Positions 7,380-15,351 of a DNA stretch of 32,000 nucleotides are shown one piece after another (position 1 is the first letter of the stretch; every line of letters starts with the position of its first letter). Under the pieces are notes generated by a model, which saw only the letters and a program-made list of their open reading frames with translations, searched no databases and was not told the origin of the DNA. The DNA comes from Pyrolobus fumarii 1A (GTDB lineage: Archaea; Thermoproteota; Thermoprotei_A; Sulfolobales; Pyrodictiaceae): positions 1,710,001 to 1,742,000 of the forward strand of contig NC_015931.1 of the NCBI RefSeq assembly GCF_000223395.1. The letters run 5' to 3'. The position numbers were made by a program, and so were the translations under genes.

Positions 7380-8181
7380 GGTAGGCTCCGCGGTATACAG
7401 GCTAGCCTCTAACGCTCCCGGCGTCGAAACCTACGGGTATGATATTGACGCGTCTAGGAGTGTCCACCGGCTAGAGGAGGTACCCTCCCCCATAGACTTC
7501 CTGCACGTCGCCATACCCTTCAAAGGATACCAACCCTTCCTAGATGCCGTCAGGGCTTACGTCGAGCGGTTCGAGCCGAGACACGTGATCGTGCACAGCA
7601 CTGTAGCCCCCGGCACCACGAGGATGCTACGCGAGAAGCTCGGTGTGCCTGTCTCTTACTCGCCGGTTAGGGGCAAGCACCCCTGCATAGAGAGGCACCT
7701 CCGCTTCTGGCCCAAGTGGGTAGCCACACTCCCGAGAGAACGGCTAGGCGAAGCCTCGGAGCACCTTAGGCTATTGGGGATGCCGGTTAAGCCTTGCAAC
7801 TGCGAGCCAGAGACACTCGAGCTCGCAAAGCTATGGGAGACCGTCTACCGCGCGGCAATGATAGCGGCATGGCAAGAGCTTCACAGGATGGCATTAAGGT
7901 TCGGCGCTGATATCGAAAAGATAACAGAGTTTGTAGCCGAGGTGCACGAGGTGCTAAGGGACCGGCCCGTGTACTACCCGAGCGTGATAGGCGGGCATTG
8001 CCTCATACCAAACACGAGGATACTACGAAGCGTCTACCAGAGCAAACTCCTAGACTTCATACTCGAGAGCAACGAGCTGAGACAAGAAGAGATCAACGAC
8101 CCGAAGGTGAGGGAGGGTGTCGAGAAGGTAAAGCAGGTAGCCGAGAGGCTAATCAACAAGGACTATTATAGATGCGAGTGA
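7321..8181 (+). CDS. NAD-binding nucleotide-sugar dehydrogenase-like protein (UDP-glucose/GDP-mannose dehydrogenase family) lacking the C-terminal nucleotide-sugar domain
   Basis: It has the Rossmann motif ILVVGLGEVGS. It has a central-domain pattern, ELAKLWETVYRAAMIAAWQELHRMALRFGADIEKI. The catalytic-Cys-like GGHCLIPNT resembles GGxCxxKD. At 286 aa it is too short for the canonical three-domain enzyme. The start could be ATG 7321 or GTG 7333/7345, and all three overlap the hisE 3' end. Confidence 0.55.
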   Translation: MRGGVGRSVATRILVVGLGEVGSAVYRLASNAPGVETYGYDIDASRSVHRLEEVPSPIDFLHVAIPFKGYQPFLDAVRAYVERFEPRHVIVHSTVAPGTTRMLREKLGVPVSYSPVRGKHPCIERHLRFWPKWVATLPRERLGEASEHLRLLGMPVKPCNCEPETLELAKLWETVYRAAMIAAWQELHRMALRFGADIEKITEFVAEVHEVLRDRPVYYPSVIGGHCLIPNTRILRSVYQSKLLDFILESNELRQEEINDPKVREGVEKVKQVAERLINKDYYRCE

Positions 8182-8334
8182 CGGGTTCACATTCAGTTTC
8201 GCAGCTTACGCCGCTGCGCCTAGAGTTGTACTTACCGCAACGTAGTGTTGGGGAAACCTATCAACAACCGCTGTCATGACGATTTCGTTTCGGCGATACC
8301 AGGTGTTACACGTGTTGTGGTGGGCTCGGCTTCT

Positions 8335-8559
8335 CTACCCTTCTTCATAGGCCCTCCCTAGGGCCTCACGCCGCCTGAGCTCCTCACAGCCCCACGTAAC
8401 CGGTACAGCGAAGCCCCCATTAACATGGAAGCGGTAGAGGAACAAGACAACGGCATAACAAGCAGCATCGCATAGTTGTCCTATTCCCAGGATGAGATGC
8501 CCGAGGCGTGGTTCACTGTAGTTCACTATCACAACCGTGCCTTTGCCTACGGCCGCCAT
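8335..8559 (-). CDS. Hypothetical small protein (74 aa) downstream of a PaREP1 gene
   Basis: It is the only ORF in this gap, on the same strand as the PaREP1 gene and 57 nt downstream of it. I recognise no motif, so coding status is uncertain. Confidence 0.25.
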   Translation of the reverse strand: MAAVGKGTVVIVNYSEPRLGHLILGIGQLCDAACYAVVLFLYRFHVNGGFAVPVTWGCEELRRREALGRAYEEG

Positions 8560-8616
8560 GATAGTAAGCCGTCGGTGACCCTCCGATGCACAACTTCCCG
8601 ATAACGTTCAGCAAAA

Positions 8617-9228
8617 TCATAGCCTTTGTCTTAGCGTTTGCAATGCTTGCTGGTGCTCCGGCGTCCATGCTTTCTCTTTCTCTAGCCTGGGTTTCACCCT
8701 ACCCTCAACTAGCTCCACGAGAGCTACTAGCAGGAGTAGGATGTCTTTGGCGGCACTCTCCCTCGTAGGGTACGGTGAAAACTCGCCACTCGGATCAGGG
8801 CCATGATATTGGTACGAGTGTAGATTGAGCGCCATAGCCGTGTAAGAAGAGAGATGCTTGTAACCTGCCTCTTCCAACAGTTGCGACAATGGTTTAAGAC
8901 TTGCAGTTGGTACCCTCGCTACTCCTTTCTCGGCAATCCATCTTCTCTCCTTATCGGTCCTAAGCATCTTCTCTATCCTGTCCTTCTCGAGCGCTAGTAA
9001 CGCTCCAATCAAAGCCTTCCATGCCTGGAAAGCCTTGCCAGCAGCATTACGAGTATACCCTTTCTCTAGAAACTCTAGAGCAAGTAGAGACTCTAACAAC
9101 GCCTCTAACACTCGAGCACTCGCGTAGCCTACGGGGTCTCTTCTTGGTGCTGGGAGTGGCCTCTCCAGGAGCTCTGCGATCCGCTCACTACCGACCAACG
9201 GCAACCCCGTTATACTTAGTACCGTCAA
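8617..9228 (-). CDS. PaREP1-family protein (paralog A)
   Basis: ELLERPLPAPRRDPVGYASARVLEALLESLLALEFLEKGYTRNAAGKAFQAWKAL...LNLHSYQYHGPDPSGEFS is the archaeal PaREP1/PaREP8 pattern. It is clearly paralogous to 24205..24852 and 25193..25783. Confidence 0.75.
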   Translation of the reverse strand: MTVLSITGLPLVGSERIAELLERPLPAPRRDPVGYASARVLEALLESLLALEFLEKGYTRNAAGKAFQAWKALIGALLALEKDRIEKMLRTDKERRWIAEKGVARVPTASLKPLSQLLEEAGYKHLSSYTAMALNLHSYQYHGPDPSGEFSPYPTRESAAKDILLLLVALVELVEGRVKPRLEKEKAWTPEHQQALQTLRQRL

Positions 9229-9420
9229 ACCGTGTGTATTACAGCTGCCGTTGCATCAACATAACCAATCACTAAGACAAAGAAACAGTATTCATGCCAT
9301 AGTTCCAGCTGTATTCTCGTCTAGAGTTAATCTCGTTGAATTCGAAAACATGTAGGTTGTGCATTAGAGCTTATCAATGCTGTCGGGGGAAAGCTCTGGA
9401 CTTGTAGCCTTGCAGATAGG

Positions 9421-10776
9421 CTAGACGCGCGGGGTTACGACCACGTTGCTCACTCTTACCCATGGGGAGCGGAAGCCTGGTAGGTCCTCGTGCCAGGAGC
9501 CTATGGCTACCAGGTTCTTCGCTAGTTGTGCGAATATGTTGCCTGCCAGCATTACTCCTGGCGCGAGGTAGTACTCGCCGTCTTTGACTATCCAGCCTGG
9601 CGCTGCTAGCACAGAGTACTCGCCCGTCACGGGGTTGGACGAGTGGGCGCCTTGCAGCCCCTGTACTAGTAGCACTTCTCCTTCTAGCAGCTCGTCTATG
9701 CTGGCGTCGCCACGCTCTATTACGACGTTGGTGGTGCCCACGCGTGGCGGGGAGAGGTACTCGTTGCGAGTAGCGTTACCTGTGCTCTCGAGACCCGCTC
9801 TCGCCGCCCAGTAGTGATCGAAGAGCGGCATCCTAAACACACCCTTCTCTATCACGACGGTCTTCTGCATCGCTATACCCTCACCGTCGAACCTCCATGT
9901 GTTGTACCCCTGCCTCAACGTGCCGTCATCGATGAGCGTGAGTTTCTCGTCGAACACTTGCTCTCCTAGCTTGTCGGCGAATGGGCTTGTGCCCCGCACC
10001 ACCCTGTCGCCGGATACGGCGGGGAGCAGCGTGTACTCCAGCAGCTCTGCGAAAGCCAGGGGCTCAAAGACGACATCCATCCTCTTTGGCGAGTCTAGCT
10101 TAGCTATACGGAAGCTCCTCGTTGCCTTCTCGACGGCTGTCCTGGCTACGTGCCTCGGGGAGGGTATCGAGACCCTCGAGTGTACATTGTGGAACACTAG
10201 GGGTGTCGTGATGCCATCCCTCTCGGCGGCAACAAGTATCCACATGTCCACGTGAGTGCCTATGTCAACGAGGAGCATACCGTTAGTCGATGCTATGGCA
10301 CGGCGAGTCACCCTCACAGTGACCATTGCACGGTTTACTGTCACCCCTTTGACGCTTGTAGCCTCCTCTATCATCTCGGATAGAGCCTCTACAGCCCTCT
10401 CCGGCCTCATCCTCGCGATACTCACGTCATAGACGGCCTCGGGGGTCGGATAGTAGCTGCTAGGCTCGGGGAGCCCCTTCCACTCCGGATCCTCTGGGGC
10501 GCTCTTGGCGGCTTTCACCGCCCTCCTAGCAGCCTCGGTTATCTCACGCAACTCTAGGCTACTCGCATAGCTGAACCCGATCCTCTTCCCGACGGCTACA
10601 CGTACACCAACGCCAGCCTCGCTTATCGCGCGGGTGCCGACGATCAGGTTGTTGTTAGCGTAGGCCTGGTGGCCCTTAACCTGCACCACGTAAGCCTCGG
10701 CTTCAGTAGCACCAGCCTCTACAGCCCTCCTCACCGCAAGAACAGCGGCGTCTTCTATGCTAAGCTGGCTGGACAT
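9421..10776 (-). CDS. pmbA: PmbA/TldE-family protein (non-catalytic partner of the TldD metalloprotease)
   Basis: The 451-aa ORF has TldD/PmbA-family architecture and a C-terminal glycine-rich region (GLQGAHSSNPVTGEYS). It has no HExxxH motif, as expected for the TldE partner. Confidence 0.7.
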   Translation of the reverse strand: MSSQLSIEDAAVLAVRRAVEAGATEAEAYVVQVKGHQAYANNNLIVGTRAISEAGVGVRVAVGKRIGFSYASSLELREITEAARRAVKAAKSAPEDPEWKGLPEPSSYYPTPEAVYDVSIARMRPERAVEALSEMIEEATSVKGVTVNRAMVTVRVTRRAIASTNGMLLVDIGTHVDMWILVAAERDGITTPLVFHNVHSRVSIPSPRHVARTAVEKATRSFRIAKLDSPKRMDVVFEPLAFAELLEYTLLPAVSGDRVVRGTSPFADKLGEQVFDEKLTLIDDGTLRQGYNTWRFDGEGIAMQKTVVIEKGVFRMPLFDHYWAARAGLESTGNATRNEYLSPPRVGTTNVVIERGDASIDELLEGEVLLVQGLQGAHSSNPVTGEYSVLAAPGWIVKDGEYYLAPGVMLAGNIFAQLAKNLVAIGSWHEDLPGFRSPWVRVSNVVVTPRV

Positions 10777-10825
10777 GACTAGCCTCCTTGTACGGATAGA
10801 GCCCTAAGAGGTTAAGTGTGGAGCG

Positions 10826-11488
10826 TTACACGGCTTCAAGCGCATATCTCGACAGCCACACCGTCAGCATTGTGAAGCCTAGGGCCGATACAGCCATGCC
10901 AATCACGCTGCTGGTCGATACTGTAACGCCTCTGGCCGCGTCCAGCACTAGTGGCGTTACACCCTGGAGGAAGGGCAGTACCAGCACAACTATCGTGACC
11001 GGCAGGAGGAACGCCCTAGCCTCGCTGTACACGAGTATAGATGATGCTAGGCTGCTTGCGGAGGCCGTGTAGAGGCTAACCGCTAGTGTCAACTGGAGTG
11101 TCTCGAGGCGGAGGAGGCTATAGTCCTGCGAGAAGAACGCGTAGAGCAGGCTGTACGCTATGCTCGTACCGGCTAGCAGCATGAAACTGTAAAGCAGCTT
11201 GGCGGTGTAGAGCTCCTCGGGCAGCGCTGGGCTTACGCGGAGACCATCCAACGTGCCCCTCTCGGCCTCCCGTATGAAACTGGATAGCGCCGTATAGACG
11301 GCCAGGAAGAGCATGACAGCGAGGAGACCGACTACACTAGCCTGTGCCGTGCCACCCTCCCGCACCACGTAGGATGTAAGGACGCTAGCGGCAGCAACGA
11401 ATATGAGCATCGAGCCAGCCTCGCTAAGCCTCCTAGCGTCGAGCACGAGATCCTTCCAGATGAGTGCCGCTATCCTCCCTAGTCTCAA
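10826..11488 (-). CDS. ccmB: Heme exporter permease CcmB
   Basis: It is a 220-aa, six-span-like hydrophobic protein. FIREAERGTLDGLRVSP matches the CcmB F-x-x-E/D-x-x-x-G-T/L-L motif. The TTG start overlaps the ccmA stop by 4 nt (TTGA). Confidence 0.7.
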   Translation of the reverse strand: MRLGRIAALIWKDLVLDARRLSEAGSMLIFVAAASVLTSYVVREGGTAQASVVGLLAVMLFLAVYTALSSFIREAERGTLDGLRVSPALPEELYTAKLLYSFMLLAGTSIAYSLLYAFFSQDYSLLRLETLQLTLAVSLYTASASSLASSILVYSEARAFLLPVTIVVLVLPFLQGVTPLVLDAARGVTVSTSSVIGMAVSALGFTMLTVWLSRYALEAV

Positions 11489-12141
11489 GCCGCCATCCCC
11501 TCCACTAGCCTACCATTAACTATCCTCGCGACGCGGAAGCCGCCAAGCAGCTTAACTGCGTTTACAGCTGGCGACGTGGCTATGACAGCCACGCCCTCTC
11601 TCCTCAGCCGCTCGAGTATACCCGCTAGGCTAGCCTGCGCGTCATCATCTAGCCCCGTGAACGGCTCGTCTATAAGGAGGAGACGCGGGCTATGAATCAA
11701 GGCTCTCGCTATGTCGGCTCTCCTCCTCCACCCGAAGCTCAACTCCTCAACCCTACGGTCGAGGAACTTGCGCAACCCAAGCTCTTGGATGACCGGGTCC
11801 TCCTCGGGCCGGTACCCTCGGACGCCATACAGTTTCGCATAGTACTCTAGGTTCTCGCGCACCGTCAACTCGCCATAGAGGAGGCTATGGTGCATCACAA
11901 CACCCATCAGTCTCTTCACGCGAGGGTCTCTGGGTGAACCGCCTAGCACGCTAACCTCGCCTCGAGTGGGCCTAACCAGCCCAGCTATGATGCGCAGTAG
12001 TGTGGTCTTCCCCGAGCCGTTAGCCCCCAGCACTAGAAGCCCCTCGCCACGTGAGAGCGTGAGCGTCACGCCCCGAAGGACCCATGAGGTGCGGAGCCTC
12101 TTCCAGACTTCACGCACGTTAACGGCAAGATCCTCTGTCAA
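11485..12141 (-). CDS. ccmA: Heme exporter ABC ATPase CcmA
   Basis: Walker A is GANGSGKTTLL. The signature LSFGWRRRADIARAL has the CcmA-like RR. Walker B is LLLIDEPFTGLD. It sits in an operon with ccmB, ccmC and ccmE. Confidence 0.75.
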   Translation of the reverse strand: MTEDLAVNVREVWKRLRTSWVLRGVTLTLSRGEGLLVLGANGSGKTTLLRIIAGLVRPTRGEVSVLGGSPRDPRVKRLMGVVMHHSLLYGELTVRENLEYYAKLYGVRGYRPEEDPVIQELGLRKFLDRRVEELSFGWRRRADIARALIHSPRLLLIDEPFTGLDDDAQASLAGILERLRREGVAVIATSPAVNAVKLLGGFRVARIVNGRLVEGMAA

Positions 12142-12191
12142 GCACTACCTCCGGCTACAAGACTATACCACGGAGGAGAAAAACCTCGGGT

Positions 12192-12770
12192 TTAGCTTGT
12201 GGTCGCAGCGCCTTGACCATAGGCCTCGTGGCAGCCCTTGAGGATCTGCGTGACAATAACTACAGGCCCCTCGTAGTAAATGTGGCCCGTCATGGGATCG
12301 TATATGACCGCGTGTAGCGTGGGCTGATAGTAGCCCTCTACCACGACCTCCTCGCTGAACACCGCGTGCGCACCGTACCTCGACTCGAAGGTGCTCGCAC
12401 TGTATACCGCCACTACCGGGCTACCCTGGCACCCGTCGTCGTAGAGCACGAACACTGCGTATCTATCGTCCGTGTCGAGCCTACCGAAGCTACCTTGCAC
12501 TCTCTCGACGACGGTGTAGGTCGGCGAGAAGCTGGAGGTTCCCAGGAACACGGCATCGCCTATCTTCACAGCGACTCTTGCCGTCTGAAGCTGTGCCACC
12601 TTGCCACTGACAACCACCTTCTCTGGCTTGTCCAGCTCGGCTAGACTGCAGACGCTTCGATACCCGGATGACGTGACGGCAGCTATGCCTATACCTAGCA
12701 TGACGAGGAAGAGGCCAAGCGCGAGGACCAGCGCCCTCATCCTCGTCTTACTGTTGCTTGTACCGGGCAT
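12192..12770 (-). CDS. ccmE: Heme chaperone CcmE, archaeal variant with a CxxxY heme-binding motif
   Basis: It has an N-terminal membrane anchor (ALVLALGLFLVMLGIGIAAV). OB-fold-like blocks are colinear with bacterial CcmE: EKVVVSGKV, YAVFVLYDDG..VVAVYSAS and EEVVVEGYY. The C-terminal ILKGCHEAY (Cys180/Tyr184, nt 12219-12233) replaces the bacterial HxxxY. Confidence 0.7.
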   Translation of the reverse strand: MPGTSNSKTRMRALVLALGLFLVMLGIGIAAVTSSGYRSVCSLAELDKPEKVVVSGKVAQLQTARVAVKIGDAVFLGTSSFSPTYTVVERVQGSFGRLDTDDRYAVFVLYDDGCQGSPVVAVYSASTFESRYGAHAVFSEEVVVEGYYQPTLHAVIYDPMTGHIYYEGPVVIVTQILKGCHEAYGQGAATTS

Positions 12771-12817
12771 CCCGATACCCCACCCTTAAACCCCGTTAAT
12801 GCTAGGCTATAATGTGT

Positions 12818-13969
12818 TCACTCTGGCGCCTCGTTCCTCCTAGCAAGACGCAACGCTATCTCATACCCTGCCAGCACCATCACCCCGTTTAGGGCCACGC
12901 TTAGCATGACGCTCCAATGATTCACGATAACGATCCTATTCTCCTCTTCCAGCTTCTTAAGGTCGATTATGTGCAGGACTATTGTTGGCCTCTTCACGCC
13001 CTCTATGGTTGTGACTGCCGGCTTTATCGGAGAGTCTATCGGCGGGTTGAAGTTGAACACAAGGTCGCTCGCCGAGGCACCAGCATTAGTGATGTTTAGC
13101 GTTTCGGCACCGCCAGCCCCGAGGGGCCTCACGCGTAGAGATGTTATCATGCCGTCCGGTGTCACGTTAGCGTCTATGACGCGGCCCAACTGGCTTGTGA
13201 AGTACGGGGCTGAGAGTAGGAGGGCAGCCGAGATAGAGTAGAGTGCGAATAGGGCTAGTGCCACCCGTGCCACCTTGGCTTCCTTCTCGGGTAGCTTCTT
13301 GCTGGACGCCAGGATTCCAAGCACAACGCCTATCGCCACCACGACAAGCACCTTCCCGACGAAGAGGGGTAGTACCTGCGGCTCTCGGAGGAACTGCCTC
13401 GCGGTCTCGAACGACGGGTGTAGACTTGCCTTGGCGAAGGCTGGCGCCATGAAGACCAGCGGCACCATGGCATAAGCCGCCACTGCATACACGTTGCTGA
13501 GCGTCTTTGCACGGTCGGGGTCCGGGATACTACCCCGTATCACGAAGTAGACGAGGTAGGCGAGGAAGAGTAGGAGTACTGATGTCTCGCGCGGATCCCA
13601 GTTCCAGGCCGCGCCCCACGACTCGCTGGCCCACGCGCTGCCCGTTACTAGCGTAGCCGCAGCATAAACCAGGCCTATGGCGGCGAAACCCCTCACTATC
13701 CTATCGAGCGACTCCCTCCCGGTAACCAGGTAGCCTATCGCCGCTGCAGTAGCCACGGTGAAGAGTATGAGACTCGCCCATGCCATGGGTATGTGGAGGT
13801 AGAGGTTACGATAGGCTGTGGGTGACCCCATGGGCGCTGTGGCCGGGAAGGCACTCTCCGCTGCAGCGTACCAACTCAAAACCGCGTCAATAGCCACGAG
13901 AGCTACCAACAAGTAGAGGAGGACGCGTGCTGATCTCAACCTAGCCCCCAGCGTAGGGGACACACGCAC
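12818..13969 (-). CDS. ccmC: Heme lyase/exporter subunit CcmC with a long C-terminal extension
   Basis: The WWD motif is SESWGAAWNWDPRETS (nt 13589-13621). Flanking conserved His residues lie in NLYLHIP and ASLHP. Six canonical TM spans fall within residues 1-225. After that come an extra TM, about 95 non-hydrophobic residues and a final TM (residues 226-383). Confidence 0.75.
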   Translation of the reverse strand: MRVSPTLGARLRSARVLLYLLVALVAIDAVLSWYAAAESAFPATAPMGSPTAYRNLYLHIPMAWASLILFTVATAAAIGYLVTGRESLDRIVRGFAAIGLVYAAATLVTGSAWASESWGAAWNWDPRETSVLLLFLAYLVYFVIRGSIPDPDRAKTLSNVYAVAAYAMVPLVFMAPAFAKASLHPSFETARQFLREPQVLPLFVGKVLVVVAIGVVLGILASSKKLPEKEAKVARVALALFALYSISAALLLSAPYFTSQLGRVIDANVTPDGMITSLRVRPLGAGGAETLNITNAGASASDLVFNFNPPIDSPIKPAVTTIEGVKRPTIVLHIIDLKKLEEENRIVIVNHWSVMLSVALNGVMVLAGYEIALRLARRNEAPE

Positions 13970-14267
13970 CGTTTAATTGAGCATAGCTGAAACCAAGAAG
14001 CTGGACACGAGACGCACTATCCATGCAACCCTCCCGAGGTAGACACACTGCAGCCTAACAACGCCCCATTGCTACCCCAAAATCGACAACTTGACACGAT
14101 GCTAGAGAATAGAGCCTATGCACCCCGACATGCTTATCTCTACGCGGTTAAGCAGGAAGAGGCCCGCTCTTCGCCAGGGTGGAAGCTCCTTTAGGCTCTT
14201 AGGAGAGGCTCATAACATATGCCGGAGTTCTCGGACGGCGCCAAGCTGTAATAGGTTGGTGCAAGTG

Positions 14268-15332
14268 TTACCCGGCACTTGTCGCCGGATGCACTCTCGC
14301 CGTGTACCACTCGTTATACGTGCGTGCGTTACGGTTGCTATGAGGCACTGTCTCATCCAGGCCTACGACCTTGGCTACCTCTTTCAGGAGTCTCTCGCAC
14401 TCCTCGTTCTCGCATAACGCTCTGAGTATGTCTAGTGGGTTGAGCCCCTGCCTTGCGAGAGCCGCTACACGCTCCATAACGACGGGTGCCGCCTTATTGA
14501 CGTCCTCCCCGCCTCTCACGTAGACGAGCTTCCCTGGCTCCAGGCCGCTGGGCCTGACGCCATACCTGCTGGAGTGTATAGCGGCGAGCTGCTTCACACT
14601 AGGCTTGCTGTACCCCAGAACGTCTATGCCTAGCACGAAGAATGCTAGATCGTACGCTGGCCGCGGGAGACCGGAACCACGATAAGCGTTGACAACGTAT
14701 ACCAGGCTGCTCTTGACGCCCCTTACTAGTCTCAGTGTCGCCGCTAGCGTGGCCCACCCTCTCCTACCAGCATCGAGCACAAGTATACCACCTCGACTCT
14801 CGCTTAGGATCTTCTCAGCCACACTAGTGTCGTATAGCGGCAGTGAGGTGCCTGCACCGCCTGCGCCCCAGTAGCCCTCAAGCAACGCCATGTACGCGTC
14901 TAGTAGTAGGTCGCTCCTAACACCGAGTACTATGGGAGGGAGGCAGTAGAGCATATCCGGGCACTCCGAGGCTACAGCCTCACCAAGCTTTAACAACAGA
15001 GCCTCTATGCGCCTACACTCCCCGCATAGACTGAAGTCGATCACGCTCTCCACTAGCGCGGGGCCGTTAGAAGCGAGCCTAGCAAGTCTACCCTTGAGCC
15101 TCTCGACAACACTGCCAGCCGTATCTCTCGGTGCCAGAGTGACACGGTAAGCGGGCGCCCCATGCCCACCCCTAACCGCAAGGACGGGGTTCACCGCGAC
15201 AGCAGGTGTTCTAAACTCAAAGCCTCTCATCACAACACGCATCACGCGTAATGGCTCCTCTTTCTCAACCAGAAACTCCAGTTGCAAAACAACCCCATCT
15301 TGTATCCAACCGGGCCAATGGTACAGGGGCAT
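14268..15332 (-). CDS. Uncharacterised 354-aa protein, apparently co-transcribed with tldD
   Basis: It starts 19 nt after the tldD stop on the same strand. It has a Cys cluster, CGEC-x17-C-x5-C (C103, C106, C124, C130), and a glycine-rich WGAGGAGTS loop (GxGxxG, no P-loop lysine). I recognise no family. Confidence 0.55.
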   Translation of the reverse strand: MPLYHWPGWIQDGVVLQLEFLVEKEEPLRVMRVVMRGFEFRTPAVAVNPVLAVRGGHGAPAYRVTLAPRDTAGSVVERLKGRLARLASNGPALVESVIDFSLCGECRRIEALLLKLGEAVASECPDMLYCLPPIVLGVRSDLLLDAYMALLEGYWGAGGAGTSLPLYDTSVAEKILSESRGGILVLDAGRRGWATLAATLRLVRGVKSSLVYVVNAYRGSGLPRPAYDLAFFVLGIDVLGYSKPSVKQLAAIHSSRYGVRPSGLEPGKLVYVRGGEDVNKAAPVVMERVAALARQGLNPLDILRALCENEECERLLKEVAKVVGLDETVPHSNRNARTYNEWYTARVHPATSAG

Positions 15333-15351
15333 TCACATGCACTAATGGTTT

